Counted from the first letter of the stretch, positions 29,354 through 39,417 are shown. The stretch: DNA of 48,045 bases from an uncultured Pseudomonadota bacterium (GCA_937863215.1 CALMFQ010000362.1:1-48045); one strand, 5' to 3'. Made by a program: numbers and translations. The notes: generated by a model not told the origin, from the sequence alone.

Positions 29354-30478
29354 ATGGAATTCCTGCCGTTTACCCGCCCCAGCCTCGATGAAGAGACAAT
29401 TCAGGGCGTTGTCGAAGTGCTACGCTCCGGCTGGATTACCAGCGGCCCCAAGGTCAAGGAGTTCGAAGCCGCATTGTCGGCACATTGCGGTGGCCGGCCG
29501 GTACGCGTATTGAGTTCCGCCACCGCCGGCATGGAAATCGCACTGCAGCTGCTTGGCATCGGTGCCGGCGACGAGGTGATCACCACGCCGCTATCGTGGG
29601 TGGCGACCGGTAACGTCATCCTGCATGTCGGCGCCCGGCCGGTATTCGTCGATGTCGATCCGCTGACGCGCAATATCGATCTGGATCAGGTCGAAGCGGC
29701 CATTACCCCGCGCACCAAGGCAATCATGCCGGTCGATCTGGCTGGCTTGCCGGTTGATCGTGATCGCCTGTACGCCATTGCCGAACACCATGGCCTGCGA
29801 GTTATCGAAGACGCGGCGCAGTCAATGGGCGCCAACTGGCGCGGCAAGCCGATAGGCAGCTTTGGCGATCTGATCTCGATCAGTTTCCATGCCAACAAGA
29901 ACATTACCACCAGTGAAGGCGGCTGCCTGGTACTGAACGACGAATCGCAGCTACCGCTGTTCGAGAAGTTGCGTCTGCAAGGCGTGGTGCGGCATGCGGA
30001 TGGCACTATGGATGTCGATGTCGCAGGGGGCAAGGCCAATCTGACCGATATCGCGGCGCGCATCGGCCTTGGGCAATTGCAGCGCCTGGAGGAGTTCACA
30101 GCTAAACGCCGCCAGCTGGCACGCCACTATTTTGCCAGCATCGATCCGGAGCTGGGGCTGGAATTGCCGCTGCAGGATTTCGAGCAAAGCAACTGGCATA
30201 TGTTCCAACCCTTGTTGCCGCTGGATCGCCTCAGTATCAGCCGCGGCGAATTCATCGAACAGATGAAACAGTGCGGCATCGGTATTGGTGTGCACTATCC
30301 GGCCATGCACCTGTTTACGCTGTATCGCCAGCTGGGCTGGAAAGATGGCGACTATCCGCACGCCGAGCGTATTGGCGAGCGCACTGTCACGCTGCCGCTC
30401 TTCCCGGCGATGCATAGCGGCGACGTCGAACGTGTCGGTATGGCAATGCGCGAAGTATTGCTGCCGGCCCTGACATAA
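29354..30478 (+). CDS. arnB: UDP-4-amino-4-deoxy-L-arabinose--oxoglutarate aminotransferase (DegT/DnrJ/EryC1 family)
   Basis: MEFLPFTRPSLDEETIQGVVEVLRSGWITSGPKVKEFE N-terminus and the PLP-lysine motif SFHANKNITTSEGG. Confidence 0.9.
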   Translation: MEFLPFTRPSLDEETIQGVVEVLRSGWITSGPKVKEFEAALSAHCGGRPVRVLSSATAGMEIALQLLGIGAGDEVITTPLSWVATGNVILHVGARPVFVDVDPLTRNIDLDQVEAAITPRTKAIMPVDLAGLPVDRDRLYAIAEHHGLRVIEDAAQSMGANWRGKPIGSFGDLISISFHANKNITTSEGGCLVLNDESQLPLFEKLRLQGVVRHADGTMDVDVAGGKANLTDIAARIGLGQLQRLEEFTAKRRQLARHYFASIDPELGLELPLQDFEQSNWHMFQPLLPLDRLSISRGEFIEQMKQCGIGIGVHYPAMHLFTLYRQLGWKDGDYPHAERIGERTVTLPLFPAMHSGDVERVGMAMREVLLPALT

Positions 30479-30496
30479 TCACTACAGCTCGATCCC

Positions 30497-31447
30497 ATGC
30501 ACAACCCTGAAGTATCCGTAGTCATTCCCGTCTACAACGAAGAAGCAGGCCTGCAGACCCTGTTCGATCGCCTGTATCCGGCGCTCGACCGGCTCGGCCG
30601 CAGTTACGAGATCGTTTTCGTCAACGATGGCAGCAAGGACAAATCGCCGGCAATCCTGCGCCAGCAATTTCAGGCACGCCCGGACGTCACCCGGGTCGTG
30701 CTGTTCAACGGTAATTTTGGCCAGCACAAGGCGATTCTGGCCGGATTTGCCTATTGCCGCGGACAACGCATCATCACGCTGGATGCCGATCTGCAGAACC
30801 CACCGGAAGATATCACCAATCTGCTGGCAAAAATGGACGAAGGTTACGACTACGTCGGCTCGATCCGCCGGCAGCGCAACGACTCGCTGTGGCGCCATGT
30901 CGCATCGCGCGGCATGAACCGTCTGCGCGAGCGCATCACCAAGATCAAGATGACCGATCAGGGCTGCATGATGCGAGCTTACGATCGGCGCATCATCGAC
31001 GCGATCAACCAGTGCAGCGAAATGAATACCTTCATCCCGGCGCTGGCCTTTACCTTTGCCCAGCGCCCGACCGAAATCATCGTCGGCCACGAGGAACGCG
31101 CCGCAGGGGAATCGAAGTACTCGCTGTATAGCCTGATCCGGCTGAATTTCGATCTGATGACCGGCTTTTCGGTAGTGCCGCTGCAGCTGTTCTCAATGCT
31201 GGGCATGCTGATTTCGCTCGCCTCGGGTGCGCTGGTACTATACCTGGCCGGACGACGGCTGATTCTCGGCCCGGAAGAAGGCGGCCTGTTCACCCTGTTC
31301 GGTATCGCATTCTTCCTGATCGGCATCGCGCTGTTCGGCATCGGCTTGCTGGGCGAATACATCGGCCGCATCTATCAAGAGGTGCGCAACCGGCCGCGTT
31401 ACATCGTCCAGGCGGTGCTCGAACAACAGGAGCCGCGCAATGGCTAG
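30497..31447 (+). CDS. arnC: undecaprenyl-phosphate 4-deoxy-4-formamido-L-arabinose transferase (GT2)
   Basis: VSVVIPVYNEE, FVNDGSKD and TLDADLQNPPEDI GT2 motifs plus two C-terminal TM helices, as in ArnC. Confidence 0.88.
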   Translation: MHNPEVSVVIPVYNEEAGLQTLFDRLYPALDRLGRSYEIVFVNDGSKDKSPAILRQQFQARPDVTRVVLFNGNFGQHKAILAGFAYCRGQRIITLDADLQNPPEDITNLLAKMDEGYDYVGSIRRQRNDSLWRHVASRGMNRLRERITKIKMTDQGCMMRAYDRRIIDAINQCSEMNTFIPALAFTFAQRPTEIIVGHEERAAGESKYSLYSLIRLNFDLMTGFSVVPLQLFSMLGMLISLASGALVLYLAGRRLILGPEEGGLFTLFGIAFFLIGIALFGIGLLGEYIGRIYQEVRNRPRYIVQAVLEQQEPRNG

Positions 31448-32366
31448 TGCCGTCGTATTTGCCTACCACAATGTCGGTGTACGCTGCCTGTCGGTATTGC
31501 TGGCACACGGCGTGGATGTCCGGCTGGTGGTTACCCATCAGGACAATCCGAACGAAACCATCTGGTTTGGCAGTGTGGCAGAACTGGCACGGCGCCATGG
31601 TATCGAGGTAATCACACCGACCGATCCGAATACCGCTGCAGTAATCGAGCAGATCCGCGCCTGCCGGCCGGACTTCATCTTCTCGTTCTACTACCGCAAT
31701 ATGCTCAAGCGTGAGATTCTGGTGCTGGCGCCGTGCGGCGCCTATAACATGCATGGCTCGTTGTTGCCGAAATACCGCGGCCGGGTACCGGTAAACTGGG
31801 CAATCATCCACGGTGAAAGCGAAACCGGTGCCACGCTGCATGTAATGAACGAAAAACCGGATAACGGCGCTATCGTCGATCAGCAGGCGGTGCCGATTCT
31901 GCCCGACGACACTGCCAGCGAAGTCTTCGACAAAGTAACGGTGGCAGCGGAAATGGCGCTGAATCGCTGCCTGCCGGCACTGCTCGACGGCAACGCCCGT
32001 CTGACCAAGCAGGACCTGCGCCTCGGCGGCTATTTTGGTGGCCGCAAACCGGAGGACGGCAGGATCGACTGGTATCAATCTGCGGCAACGATTCATAATC
32101 TGATCCGCGCCGTAGCCCCACCCTACCCCGGTGCCTACTGCGAAATTGACGGCCAGACCGTGAAGCTGCTGCGCAGCATGCGCATCAAGGCGGATGGCTT
32201 GCCGGCTTTTGCCGCACCGACATTGTTTACACGCAATAACCGTCTGCTGGCGCAAGCCGGTGACGGCGGCTATCTGGCCATACTGGACATGGAATACAAC
32301 GGAGAACAGATCACGCCACAAGCGTTTGCACAGCGCTTTGGCGAGGTTTGCCCGCTTGCCCGATAA
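31440..32366 (+). CDS. arnA: UDP-L-Ara4N formyltransferase (ArnA N-terminal domain as a separate protein)
   Basis: VVFAYHNVGVRCL.., FSFYYRNML and HGSLLPKYRGRVPVNWAIIHGESETGATLH align with residues 1-300 of E. coli ArnA. The ORF ends at the domain boundary. Confidence 0.88.
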   Translation: MASAVVFAYHNVGVRCLSVLLAHGVDVRLVVTHQDNPNETIWFGSVAELARRHGIEVITPTDPNTAAVIEQIRACRPDFIFSFYYRNMLKREILVLAPCGAYNMHGSLLPKYRGRVPVNWAIIHGESETGATLHVMNEKPDNGAIVDQQAVPILPDDTASEVFDKVTVAAEMALNRCLPALLDGNARLTKQDLRLGGYFGGRKPEDGRIDWYQSAATIHNLIRAVAPPYPGAYCEIDGQTVKLLRSMRIKADGLPAFAAPTLFTRNNRLLAQAGDGGYLAILDMEYNGEQITPQAFAQRFGEVCPLAR

Positions 32367-32390
32367 ATCGAAACACAGGGACTACCCGCA

Positions 32391-33434
32391 ATGAAAAAAA
32401 TCCTGATTCTTGGCGTCAACGGCTTTATCGGCCACCACCTGTCGAAACGCATCATCGACACCACCGACTGGGAGGTGTACGGTATGGACATGTTCTCCGA
32501 TAAAGTCAGCGGGCTGCTGGACAACCCGCGCTTCCATTTCTTCGAGGGTGACATCACCATCAACAAGGAATGGATCGAATACCACGTCAAGAAGTGCGAC
32601 GTGGTTCTGCCGCTGGTAGCAATTGCCACTCCGGCAACCTACGTACAACAGCCGCTGCGCGTATTCGAGCTGGACTTCGAAGCCAACTTGCCGATCATTC
32701 GTCAGTGCGTCAAATACAAGAAGCGCGTGCTGTTCCCATCGACTTCCGAAGTGTACGGCATGTGTCGCGACGGCGAATTCGACCCGGAAGCATCGGAACT
32801 GATTTACGGCCCGATCAACAAGCCACGCTGGATTTACGCCTGCGCCAAGCAGCTGATGGATCGTGTGATCCATGCGTATGCGATGCAGGAAGGTCTGGAT
32901 TACACGCTGTTCCGCCCGTTCAACTGGATCGGCGCCGGCCTGGACAGCATCCACACACCGAAGGAAGGCTCCAGCCGCGTTATCACCCAATTCCTCGGCC
33001 ACATCGTACGCGGCGAAGACATCAAGCTGGTCGACGGCGGTGAGCAGAAACGTGCCTTCACCTACATCAACGACGGCATCAACGCGCTGATGAAAATCAT
33101 CGAAAACAAAGGCGACCGCGCCAGCGGCAGCATCTACAACATCGGCAACCCGAACAACAATTACTCGGTACGCGAACTGGCGGAAATGATGCTGGAACTG
33201 GCGCTGACCTACCCTGAATACCGTGACAATGCGCTGAAAGTGAATCTGGTGGATGTGACCTCGGCCGATTATTACGGCAAGGGATATCAGGACGTACAGA
33301 ATCGCGTACCCAAAATCGAAAACACCATGGAAGATCTGGACTGGAAGCCGCAGTTCAGCATGAAAGAAGCATTGCGCAACATTTTCGATTCATATCGCAC
33401 TCAGGTTGCCGAAGCGCGTAGTCTGGTCGAGTAA
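32391..33434 (+). CDS. arnA: UDP-glucuronate oxidative decarboxylase (ArnA C-terminal SDR domain as a separate protein)
   Basis: ILILGVNGFIGHHLSKRI, HFFEGDITINKEWIEYHVKKCDVVLPLVAIATP, FPSTSEVYGMC and RPFNWIG are near-identical to the ArnA C-terminal domain. Confidence 0.92.
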   Translation: MKKILILGVNGFIGHHLSKRIIDTTDWEVYGMDMFSDKVSGLLDNPRFHFFEGDITINKEWIEYHVKKCDVVLPLVAIATPATYVQQPLRVFELDFEANLPIIRQCVKYKKRVLFPSTSEVYGMCRDGEFDPEASELIYGPINKPRWIYACAKQLMDRVIHAYAMQEGLDYTLFRPFNWIGAGLDSIHTPKEGSSRVITQFLGHIVRGEDIKLVDGGEQKRAFTYINDGINALMKIIENKGDRASGSIYNIGNPNNNYSVRELAEMMLELALTYPEYRDNALKVNLVDVTSADYYGKGYQDVQNRVPKIENTMEDLDWKPQFSMKEALRNIFDSYRTQVAEARSLVE

Positions 33435-33455
33435 AACCCTGCAGATAAAAAGCGC

Positions 33456-33479
33456 AAAAGGAGCCTGTGGCTCCTTTTT
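33456..33479 (+). terminator. rho-independent terminator ending the arn operon
   Basis: AAAAGGAGCC-tgt-GGCTCCTTTT followed by a further T: a 10-bp stem including A/T ends with a T-run. Confidence 0.9.
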
Positions 33480-33515
33480 CATTGCCGCTCAATATAGTTA
33501 CCGGTTATTTCCAGC

Positions 33516-33788
33516 ATGCCCGACAACCACTATTATCGCCATATCGACGGCGGACTCTATCGTTTACTGCATAACGCCAGGCACGCCGACGATGCATCCG
33601 AAGTCATTGTATATGAACATCTGTGGCCGTTTGAGCCGGGAATCTGGGTACGTCGTGCCGATGAATTCCGCCAGCGGTTCCATGCCATTGATGCCGGCGC
33701 ATACCAAGCTATCGTCTGCGCCGATCGCATCAGCTACCAGCAGCAGGTAACTGCGGCCAAAGCCGCACGCCGTGCTAGTCGAGGCTGA
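33516..33788 (+). CDS. DUF1653-like protein
   Basis: 90 aa. YRHIDGGLYRLLHNARHADDASEVIVYEHLWPFEPGIWVRRADEF fits the DUF1653 pattern as I recall it. The 3' end overlaps the convergent SBP gene by 14 nt. Confidence 0.6.
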   Translation: MPDNHYYRHIDGGLYRLLHNARHADDASEVIVYEHLWPFEPGIWVRRADEFRQRFHAIDAGAYQAIVCADRISYQQQVTAAKAARRASRG

Positions 33789-34572
33789 CCGCCATACCGT
33801 AACGACGGAAAATCTCGCGCCGCTTGCCTTCGGCGGCAAACTGCGCCAGCTCCTTGTCGAATGCCTTGATAAACGCCTGCGCCTGCGGATAGTTACGCGA
33901 AACGCCGAGGTGAAAAGTGCGCGAACTGCCAACCGACTTATCGATATAGTCCAGCTTGCCAAACTCGGTACGGTTGCGCGCAATCAGGGCGGAGCAGACA
34001 CTCACTTCACAAATCGCCAGATCGATCAAACCACGCTGCAGGCGGCGCAACTGCTCGTTTTCCGGCGTATCTCCGGCTGCCTGCATTACCTTGAACTGAT
34101 TCTGCTGCAATGCACGCATGAAATCCGGCGCATAGTTGTAACCTTCGCTGACGCCGATGGTATAGCGTTGCAAGTCGGCATAGCTGTTCCAGCCAATCAA
34201 ATCGGCGCTGCGCTTGAAGAATACGTCGCGCACCGTGCTGATCGGGGCGGAAAAGACAAACTGCCGCTCGCGTTCCGGATTCTTGGTAAAGGTAAAAAAC
34301 CCCACCGGCCCCTGCGCCGCAGCGGCCATTTTCAGTGCGCGCTGCAATGGAAACAACTTGATCGTGTATTGGTAGCCCATGCGGCTGAGCACGGCGGTGA
34401 CGATTTCATAATCGGCACCGCTCAATGTCTGGCCGGAAATCTGGCGGAATGGAGGAAAACTGGCGGTAGCGAATTCTATTTCCCGCGTCTCCGCCAAGCC
34501 CAGTGCGGGCAACAGCATCAGAGTTGCCGCGAGACAGCTACAGCGGAGGAAATTTGCGGGTAATAGCGGCAT
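33775..34572 (-). CDS. family-3 periplasmic solute-binding protein (orphan, no transporter partners adjacent)
   Basis: 265 aa with a signal peptide (..LMLLPALGLAET). SBP_bac_3-like layout (..ATASFPPF.., ..DLAICEVSV.., ..YHLGVSRN..). Confidence 0.8.
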   Translation of the reverse strand: MPLLPANFLRCSCLAATLMLLPALGLAETREIEFATASFPPFRQISGQTLSGADYEIVTAVLSRMGYQYTIKLFPLQRALKMAAAAQGPVGFFTFTKNPERERQFVFSAPISTVRDVFFKRSADLIGWNSYADLQRYTIGVSEGYNYAPDFMRALQQNQFKVMQAAGDTPENEQLRRLQRGLIDLAICEVSVCSALIARNRTEFGKLDYIDKSVGSSRTFHLGVSRNYPQAQAFIKAFDKELAQFAAEGKRREIFRRYGMAVSLD

Positions 34573-34618
34573 CAGAAAATCAGCCCGCCGGACCTGTGCC
34601 TGCGGGCTTAAAAGAAAT

Positions 34619-34966
34619 TTACTTGCCGCATTTTACCGCTACACCGGCATACACCCAAGTAAACATTGCATTGCTGTCATTTGCCGCCGAGCCGTTGATA
34701 CCGGGCCGGAAGCCAATAACGGCGTCAAAGCCATCCTGTTTGATTTCGGCAACAAACAGCTCCAGACTTTCGTTGACCTTGTTGTAGGCATCGCTGCGGC
34801 TGCCAAGATAATTGCCGTGGCGCAGCTTGGGTGCAGCTTCGGTTATCTTGCATTTGCCACCGGGGACCGAATCGGTAGTAAACAATCCCTGAAAATCCCG
34901 CGCTTGTACTGCAACTGCTCCAAACAAGCCCAAGCAAAGCACCAACGATTTCATCTTGTGCATCAT
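34619..34966 (-). CDS. exported YbjQ/UPF0145-like protein
   Basis: GGAG, 6 nt, then ATG 34966; signal peptide MMHKMKSLVLCLGLFGAVAVQA. The C-terminal part GSRSDAYNKVNESLELFVAEIKQDGFDAVIGFR....VYAGVAVK parallels E. coli YbjQ ([31 protein letters not shown]...VSGTAVK). Confidence 0.5.
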   Translation of the reverse strand: MMHKMKSLVLCLGLFGAVAVQARDFQGLFTTDSVPGGKCKITEAAPKLRHGNYLGSRSDAYNKVNESLELFVAEIKQDGFDAVIGFRPGINGSAANDSNAMFTWVYAGVAVKCGK

Positions 34967-35043
34967 CGACTGCTCCAAATTTCAGGTAATGCTTATATGG
35001 TAGAAATCATTTTCTCCGCATGCAATGACAACTCGGCGTCATT

Positions 35044-36039
35044 TTACTTTTGCAGTAGCCAGTTCTGCACGTAGCGCTGTACGCCCTGCTCCACGGTGAG
35101 GAATTCCTCGGTGTAACCGGCTGCACGCAACGCACCGATGTCCGCCTGGGTAAAGCTCTGGTACTTGCCCTTGAGTGCTTCGGGAAAGGCGATGTACTCC
35201 AGGATACCCTGTTCCACCAATTGTGCCAGCGACAGCGGCGTCAGCCCTTCTGCTGCACGGCAGGCATTGACTATTGATACTGCGATATCGTTGAAATTCT
35301 GTGCACGACCGGTGCCCAGATTGAAGATGCCGCTCTTGCCCGGGTTGTCGAGGAAATGCAGGTTGACCTTGACGACATCTTCCACCGATACGAAATCGCG
35401 CCGCTGCTCACCGTTACCATAGCCATCGTAGCCTTCGAACAGCCTTACCTTGCCTTCGGCCTGGTACTGGTTGAAGTTGTGGAATGCCACCGACGCCATG
35501 CGTCCCTTGTGCTGCTCGCGTGGGCCATACACGTTGAAATAGCGGAAGCCGACAATCTGGCTGGTACGTTCATTCCAGCGGCGACGCACGACCTGATCGA
35601 ACAGGAATTTCGAATAGCCGTAAACGTTCAGCGGGCCTTCGAATTCACGCGACTCCCTGAAGATGCTGCCACCGCCGTAGACCGCTGCGCTGGATGCGTA
35701 CAGCAGCGGAATCTCCTCGGTCTGGCAGTATTCGAACAGGTCAAGCGTATAGCGATAGTTGTTATCCATCATGTAACGACCATCGGTTTCCATCGTATCG
35801 GAACACGCCCCCTGGTGCAGAATGGCCTCGACATCGCCATCGAATGCGCCATCCAGAAACAGCTCAATGAAATCTTCCTTGTCGAGATAATCGGCGATTT
35901 CACAATCGACCAGATTCCTGAACTTGTCGGCCTTTTTCATATTGTCGACAGCAATGATGTCGGTCTGCCCGCGCTCATTCAGCGCTTTGACGATATTGGA
36001 GCCGATGAAGCCGGCTGCGCCGGTTACGATGATGGTCAT
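35044..36039 (-). CDS. hldD: ADP-L-glycero-D-manno-heptose 6-epimerase
   Basis: [21 protein letters not shown].., [12 protein letters not shown] and [11 protein letters not shown] align along the full length with E. coli HldD/RfaD. Confidence 0.96.
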   Translation of the reverse strand: MTIIVTGAAGFIGSNIVKALNERGQTDIIAVDNMKKADKFRNLVDCEIADYLDKEDFIELFLDGAFDGDVEAILHQGACSDTMETDGRYMMDNNYRYTLDLFEYCQTEEIPLLYASSAAVYGGGSIFRESREFEGPLNVYGYSKFLFDQVVRRRWNERTSQIVGFRYFNVYGPREQHKGRMASVAFHNFNQYQAEGKVRLFEGYDGYGNGEQRRDFVSVEDVVKVNLHFLDNPGKSGIFNLGTGRAQNFNDIAVSIVNACRAAEGLTPLSLAQLVEQGILEYIAFPEALKGKYQSFTQADIGALRAAGYTEEFLTVEQGVQRYVQNWLLQK

Positions 36040-36069
36040 TTACTCAATCTCCAGATGCAATTTCGCCGT

Positions 36070-37014
36070 TCAGGCAAACAGTTCTTCCGGCTGCACGACG
36101 GCCGTGCCCAGCTTGGCCACAACCACTCCCGCGGCCTTGTTCGACCAACTGACGGCTGCCGCCATATCCTGCCCGGCAGCAAGCATCACACCGAGGGTGG
36201 CAATCACGGTATCGCCGGCTCCGGATACGTCGAATACTTCACGCGCCTGGGTCGGTTGGTGAAACGGCAGACCATCGCGGTACAGGCTCATGCCCTCTTC
36301 GCTACGGGTGACCAGCAACGCCTGCAACGAAAGTTCGGTGCGCAGCTTGTCGGCTTTCTCTGTCAGTTCCTGCTCGCTGCGCCAGCTTCCGGCCACCTGG
36401 CGGAATTCAGCGCGATTTGGGGTCAGCAGGGAGGCTCCCCGATAACGGCTGTAGTCATCGCCTTTGGGATCAATCAATACCGGTTTACCGGCTTTGGTCG
36501 CCAGTTCGATCATTTGCTGCACATGCGTCAATCCGCCCTTGCCATAATCGGACAGAATGATCAAATCGTGCTCCGGCAATGCGCGCCGATAATCGTCCAG
36601 CTTGGCGGCAAGGATTTCATGGCTCGGCGGTGCTTCGAAATCGATACGCAGCAATTGCTGCTGCTTGGCTATCACCCGCAATTTGACAATGGTGGCAATG
36701 GTCGGGTCGCGCAACATCTCGGATTTGACGCCAGAGCTGTGCATTAAACTATCCAGCACCGTACCGGCTTCATCGTCACCGATCACCGACAGCAGGGTTA
36801 CGCCGCAGCCCAGTGATGCGGCATTACGTGCCACGTTGGCAGCGCCGCCGGCTCGCTCTTCCACTCGCGAGACCAGAGCCACCGGCACCGGTGCCTCGGG
36901 AGAAATGCGGTTTACATCGCCAAACCAGTAACGGTCCAGCATCACGTCGCCAACCACCAGAATGCGGGCCTTGGCAATGGCCTGTTGCAGGGATTTCAGC
37001 TCTTCGGGATTCAT
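36070..37014 (-). CDS. hldA: D-glycero-beta-D-manno-heptose-7-phosphate kinase (HldE kinase domain only)
   Basis: VVGDVMLDRYWFGDVNRISPEAPVPV, RAGGAANVARN and DVSGAGDTVIATL match the HldE N-terminal domain. The ORF stops where the adenylyltransferase domain would begin. Confidence 0.92.
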   Translation of the reverse strand: MNPEELKSLQQAIAKARILVVGDVMLDRYWFGDVNRISPEAPVPVALVSRVEERAGGAANVARNAASLGCGVTLLSVIGDDEAGTVLDSLMHSSGVKSEMLRDPTIATIVKLRVIAKQQQLLRIDFEAPPSHEILAAKLDDYRRALPEHDLIILSDYGKGGLTHVQQMIELATKAGKPVLIDPKGDDYSRYRGASLLTPNRAEFRQVAGSWRSEQELTEKADKLRTELSLQALLVTRSEEGMSLYRDGLPFHQPTQAREVFDVSGAGDTVIATLGVMLAAGQDMAAAVSWSNKAAGVVVAKLGTAVVQPEELFA

Positions 37015-37044
37015 TTATCGTTCTGACGCAGATTGTTGCAACAC

Positions 37045-37761
37045 TTACACCAGCTCGGCAATCTGCCGATTGATTTCCAGCAATGTAGCCACAGGGTCGT
37101 CGCTACGGGTAATCGGCCGCCCGATGACCAGATAATCCGAGCCAGCCTGGATTGCCTGCTGCGGCGTCATGATGCGCGATTGATCGTCAGCAGCGGAATT
37201 GGCGGGCCGGATCCCCGGTGTAACCAGCTGGAAATCCGCTCCGCACAAACGCTTCAGCATCTGCGCCTCTTGAGCGGAACACACCACGCCATCCAGGCCA
37301 CAATTACGGGCCAGCTGCGCCAGACGCTCCACCAGCAGCTGCGGCTCCAGGTCGAGGCCGATTTCGCGCAGCTGCTCGCGATCCATGCTGGTCAATACCG
37401 TCACGGCTATCAGCTGCGGCGGGCTGGCAAGGTTGGCGTACGCTTCGCGTGCCGCTTCGAGCATTTTCCGGCCGCCCAGGGCATGCACATTCACCATCCA
37501 GACGCCCAGCGCCGCGGCCGATTTGAGTGCGGCGGCCACGGTATTGGGAATATCGTGGAATTTGAGATCGAGAAAAACATCGAACCCGCGCCCAACCAGC
37601 GTTTCAACCAACTGCGGCCCGCTGGCGGTGAACAGTTCCTTGCCAACCTTGAGACGACACAGTTCCGGGCTGATGCGATCGACAAAATCCATCACCCGCG
37701 CAGAATCGGGAAAGTCGAGCGCGACCAGAACCCTGGAGTCGAAATTGTTGCCTGCCTTCAT
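37045..37761 (-). CDS. pyrF: orotidine-5'-phosphate decarboxylase
   Basis: [17 protein letters not shown] and [13 protein letters not shown] motifs. The internal start [11 protein letters not shown] at 37761 gives about 238 aa; the track ORF start at 37917 overlaps lapB. Confidence 0.93.
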   Translation of the reverse strand: MKAGNNFDSRVLVALDFPDSARVMDFVDRISPELCRLKVGKELFTASGPQLVETLVGRGFDVFLDLKFHDIPNTVAAALKSAAALGVWMVNVHALGGRKMLEAAREAYANLASPPQLIAVTVLTSMDREQLREIGLDLEPQLLVERLAQLARNCGLDGVVCSAQEAQMLKRLCGADFQLVTPGIRPANSAADDQSRIMTPQQAIQAGSDYLVIGRPITRSDDPVATLLEINRQIAELV

Positions 37762-37783
37762 CTGTATTCCGTTGTAACAAACA

Positions 37784-38947
37784 TTATTTGACGTCCGCGC
37801 CCAGTTTGGGGATATAGGTCTCCCAGCCGGAGCATCCGGGGCAATGCCAGTAATACTGGCGGGCCCGGAAACCGCAGGCAGTACATTGGTACATTGCCTG
37901 CTTGCGGGTATTTTCATGAATCAGGTTGCGAATTGCGTCAATATCCTTGCGCCGCTCTGCCGGCGTCAACAGAGCTTCGGCGTCAACCAGTGTTTTCAGT
38001 CCCAGCATGCTCGGATTGCTGCGCAGCTCGCTGAATACATAATCGCGAGCGGGTTTGGCACCTTCGGCTTCGACAATCGACTGGTGGATCAGCTCCAGCA
38101 AATCCAGCGTGGGATAATTCGACTGGTAGCTCTTGAGCAACTGAATACCCTCAGTCAGGCGTCCTTGGCTTTTGAACGCTGCCAGTACTCTGGCACCCGC
38201 CAGCGACAGGTACTGCGGATCCTGCGATTCAATGCGCTGCCAGAAAGCAATCGCGGAGTCGGCATTGCCGGCAGCCAATTCGATATCGCCCAGCAGCAGA
38301 TTGGCACGGGTACATTTACGATGCATCTGCAAAGCGGTATCCAGATAGGTACGTGCGGCATCGGGCTGGGAATTGGCCAGCTCGCGCTGAGCCAGTTCGC
38401 AATAGAACTGCGCGACCTCATGCTGAAACGAGTAATTGGCATCGGCAAGTGTATTTGCCACCGCAATAGCCTTTTCCCATTGTTTTTCCTGCTGATAAAT
38501 ATCCAGCAAGTGACCGGATGCCTTGCGCGCCAACCGGGTGTTCTGCAGTGCCTTGAGTGAGTCTTCGGCACGATCGAGCAGCCCGGATTTCAGGTAATCC
38601 AATGCCAGCTCGTATTGCGCCTGCAACCGGTCTTCGGTTGGCAGATCATTGCGTTGCAGCAGTTTCTGATGAATCAGAATTGCACGGTCGATTTCGCCTT
38701 TGCGTCTGAACATGCTCCCCAGCGCAAAATTCAGTTCCACCGAATCGGGGTTGGTCTTGATGATCTCGACAAATGCATTGATTGCCAGCTCTTCCTGATC
38801 GTTGACCAGGAAATTCAGTCCCTTGTAATAGGCCGCAGGCAAACGGCGCGATTCGCTGAGTAACTGCTTGATATCGATGCGCGCAGCAAGCCACCCCAAG
38901 GCAAAAAACAATGGCGGCACCAACAGCCACCAGAATTCAAACTCCAC
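37784..38947 (-). CDS. lapB: lipopolysaccharide assembly protein B (TPR plus rubredoxin-like C-terminus)
   Basis: TPR repeats and C-terminal [26 protein letters not shown], as in E. coli LapB/YciM. AGGAG, 8 nt, then GTG 38947 gives an N-terminal TM helix [19 protein letters not shown]. Confidence 0.9.
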   Translation of the reverse strand: MEFEFWWLLVPPLFFALGWLAARIDIKQLLSESRRLPAAYYKGLNFLVNDQEELAINAFVEIIKTNPDSVELNFALGSMFRRKGEIDRAILIHQKLLQRNDLPTEDRLQAQYELALDYLKSGLLDRAEDSLKALQNTRLARKASGHLLDIYQQEKQWEKAIAVANTLADANYSFQHEVAQFYCELAQRELANSQPDAARTYLDTALQMHRKCTRANLLLGDIELAAGNADSAIAFWQRIESQDPQYLSLAGARVLAAFKSQGRLTEGIQLLKSYQSNYPTLDLLELIHQSIVEAEGAKPARDYVFSELRSNPSMLGLKTLVDAEALLTPAERRKDIDAIRNLIHENTRKQAMYQCTACGFRARQYYWHCPGCSGWETYIPKLGADVK

Positions 38948-39031
38948 TAACAACACTCCTGAATCAGTGCGGGCTGCATCGGCATATCCGTCGGATAGCA
39001 CGATGCAATGCATGCACAGCGCCATTTACGG

Positions 39032-39322
39032 CTACAGCACTGCATCCGAATGATCGATAGCCGGCAGGGCTGCGGTTTTGCTGCGCAGGTCTTTTTTCAG
39101 GCCCAGAATTTCACGTCGCAATTTGAGCACGTAGGCCAGACAAGCCATCACTCCCAGCATTGCCCCACCGGCAAAAAACACCAGCAGCGCGAGTACCAGC
39201 GGCGTCTGCCATTGGTAGCCAAGAAAGAACGATACTGCTACCGGGTGACTGTTTTTCAGCGTAAATCCCAGCAGCAGGAAAAACAGGGTAAATTGAAACA
39301 ACCAGAACAGGTATCGCAGCAA
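39032..39322 (-). CDS. lapA: lipopolysaccharide assembly protein A (DUF1049)
   Basis: GGAG, 6 nt, then TTG 39322; (L)LRYLFWLFQFTLFFLLLGFTLKNSHPVAVSF.. with two TM helices, like E. coli LapA/YciS. The longer track ORF would include the ihfB terminator. Confidence 0.8.
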   Translation of the reverse strand: MLRYLFWLFQFTLFFLLLGFTLKNSHPVAVSFFLGYQWQTPLVLALLVFFAGGAMLGVMACLAYVLKLRREILGLKKDLRSKTAALPAIDHSDAVL

Positions 39323-39387
39323 GTGCGTCTCCGGCGAATTGCACAATTTTGGAATGTGCGATTCTACCCCAGAGCGGAACCCGAGAC

Positions 39388-39417
39388 AAAAAAAGCGGCA
39401 TGATTGCTCATGCCGCT
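39388..39417 (-). terminator. rho-independent terminator after ihfB
   Basis: On the minus strand: AGCGGCATG-agcaat-CATGCCGCT followed by T7. Confidence 0.85.

Noticed and set aside
35356-36747. 463-aa plus-strand ORF. Similar long antisense ORFs occur at 40083-41405 (440 aa), 31290-32321 (343 aa), 24452-25438 (328 aa), 15485-16381 (298 aa), 33772-34563 (263 aa) and 37033-37791 (252 aa).
   Set aside because: Each lies exactly opposite a gene with unmistakable homology (hldD/hldA, rpsA, arnA, qmcA, radical SAM, SBP, pyrF). Each has Q/R/L/H/D-rich, motif-free translation. This is a typical codon-bias artefact, not overlapping genes.
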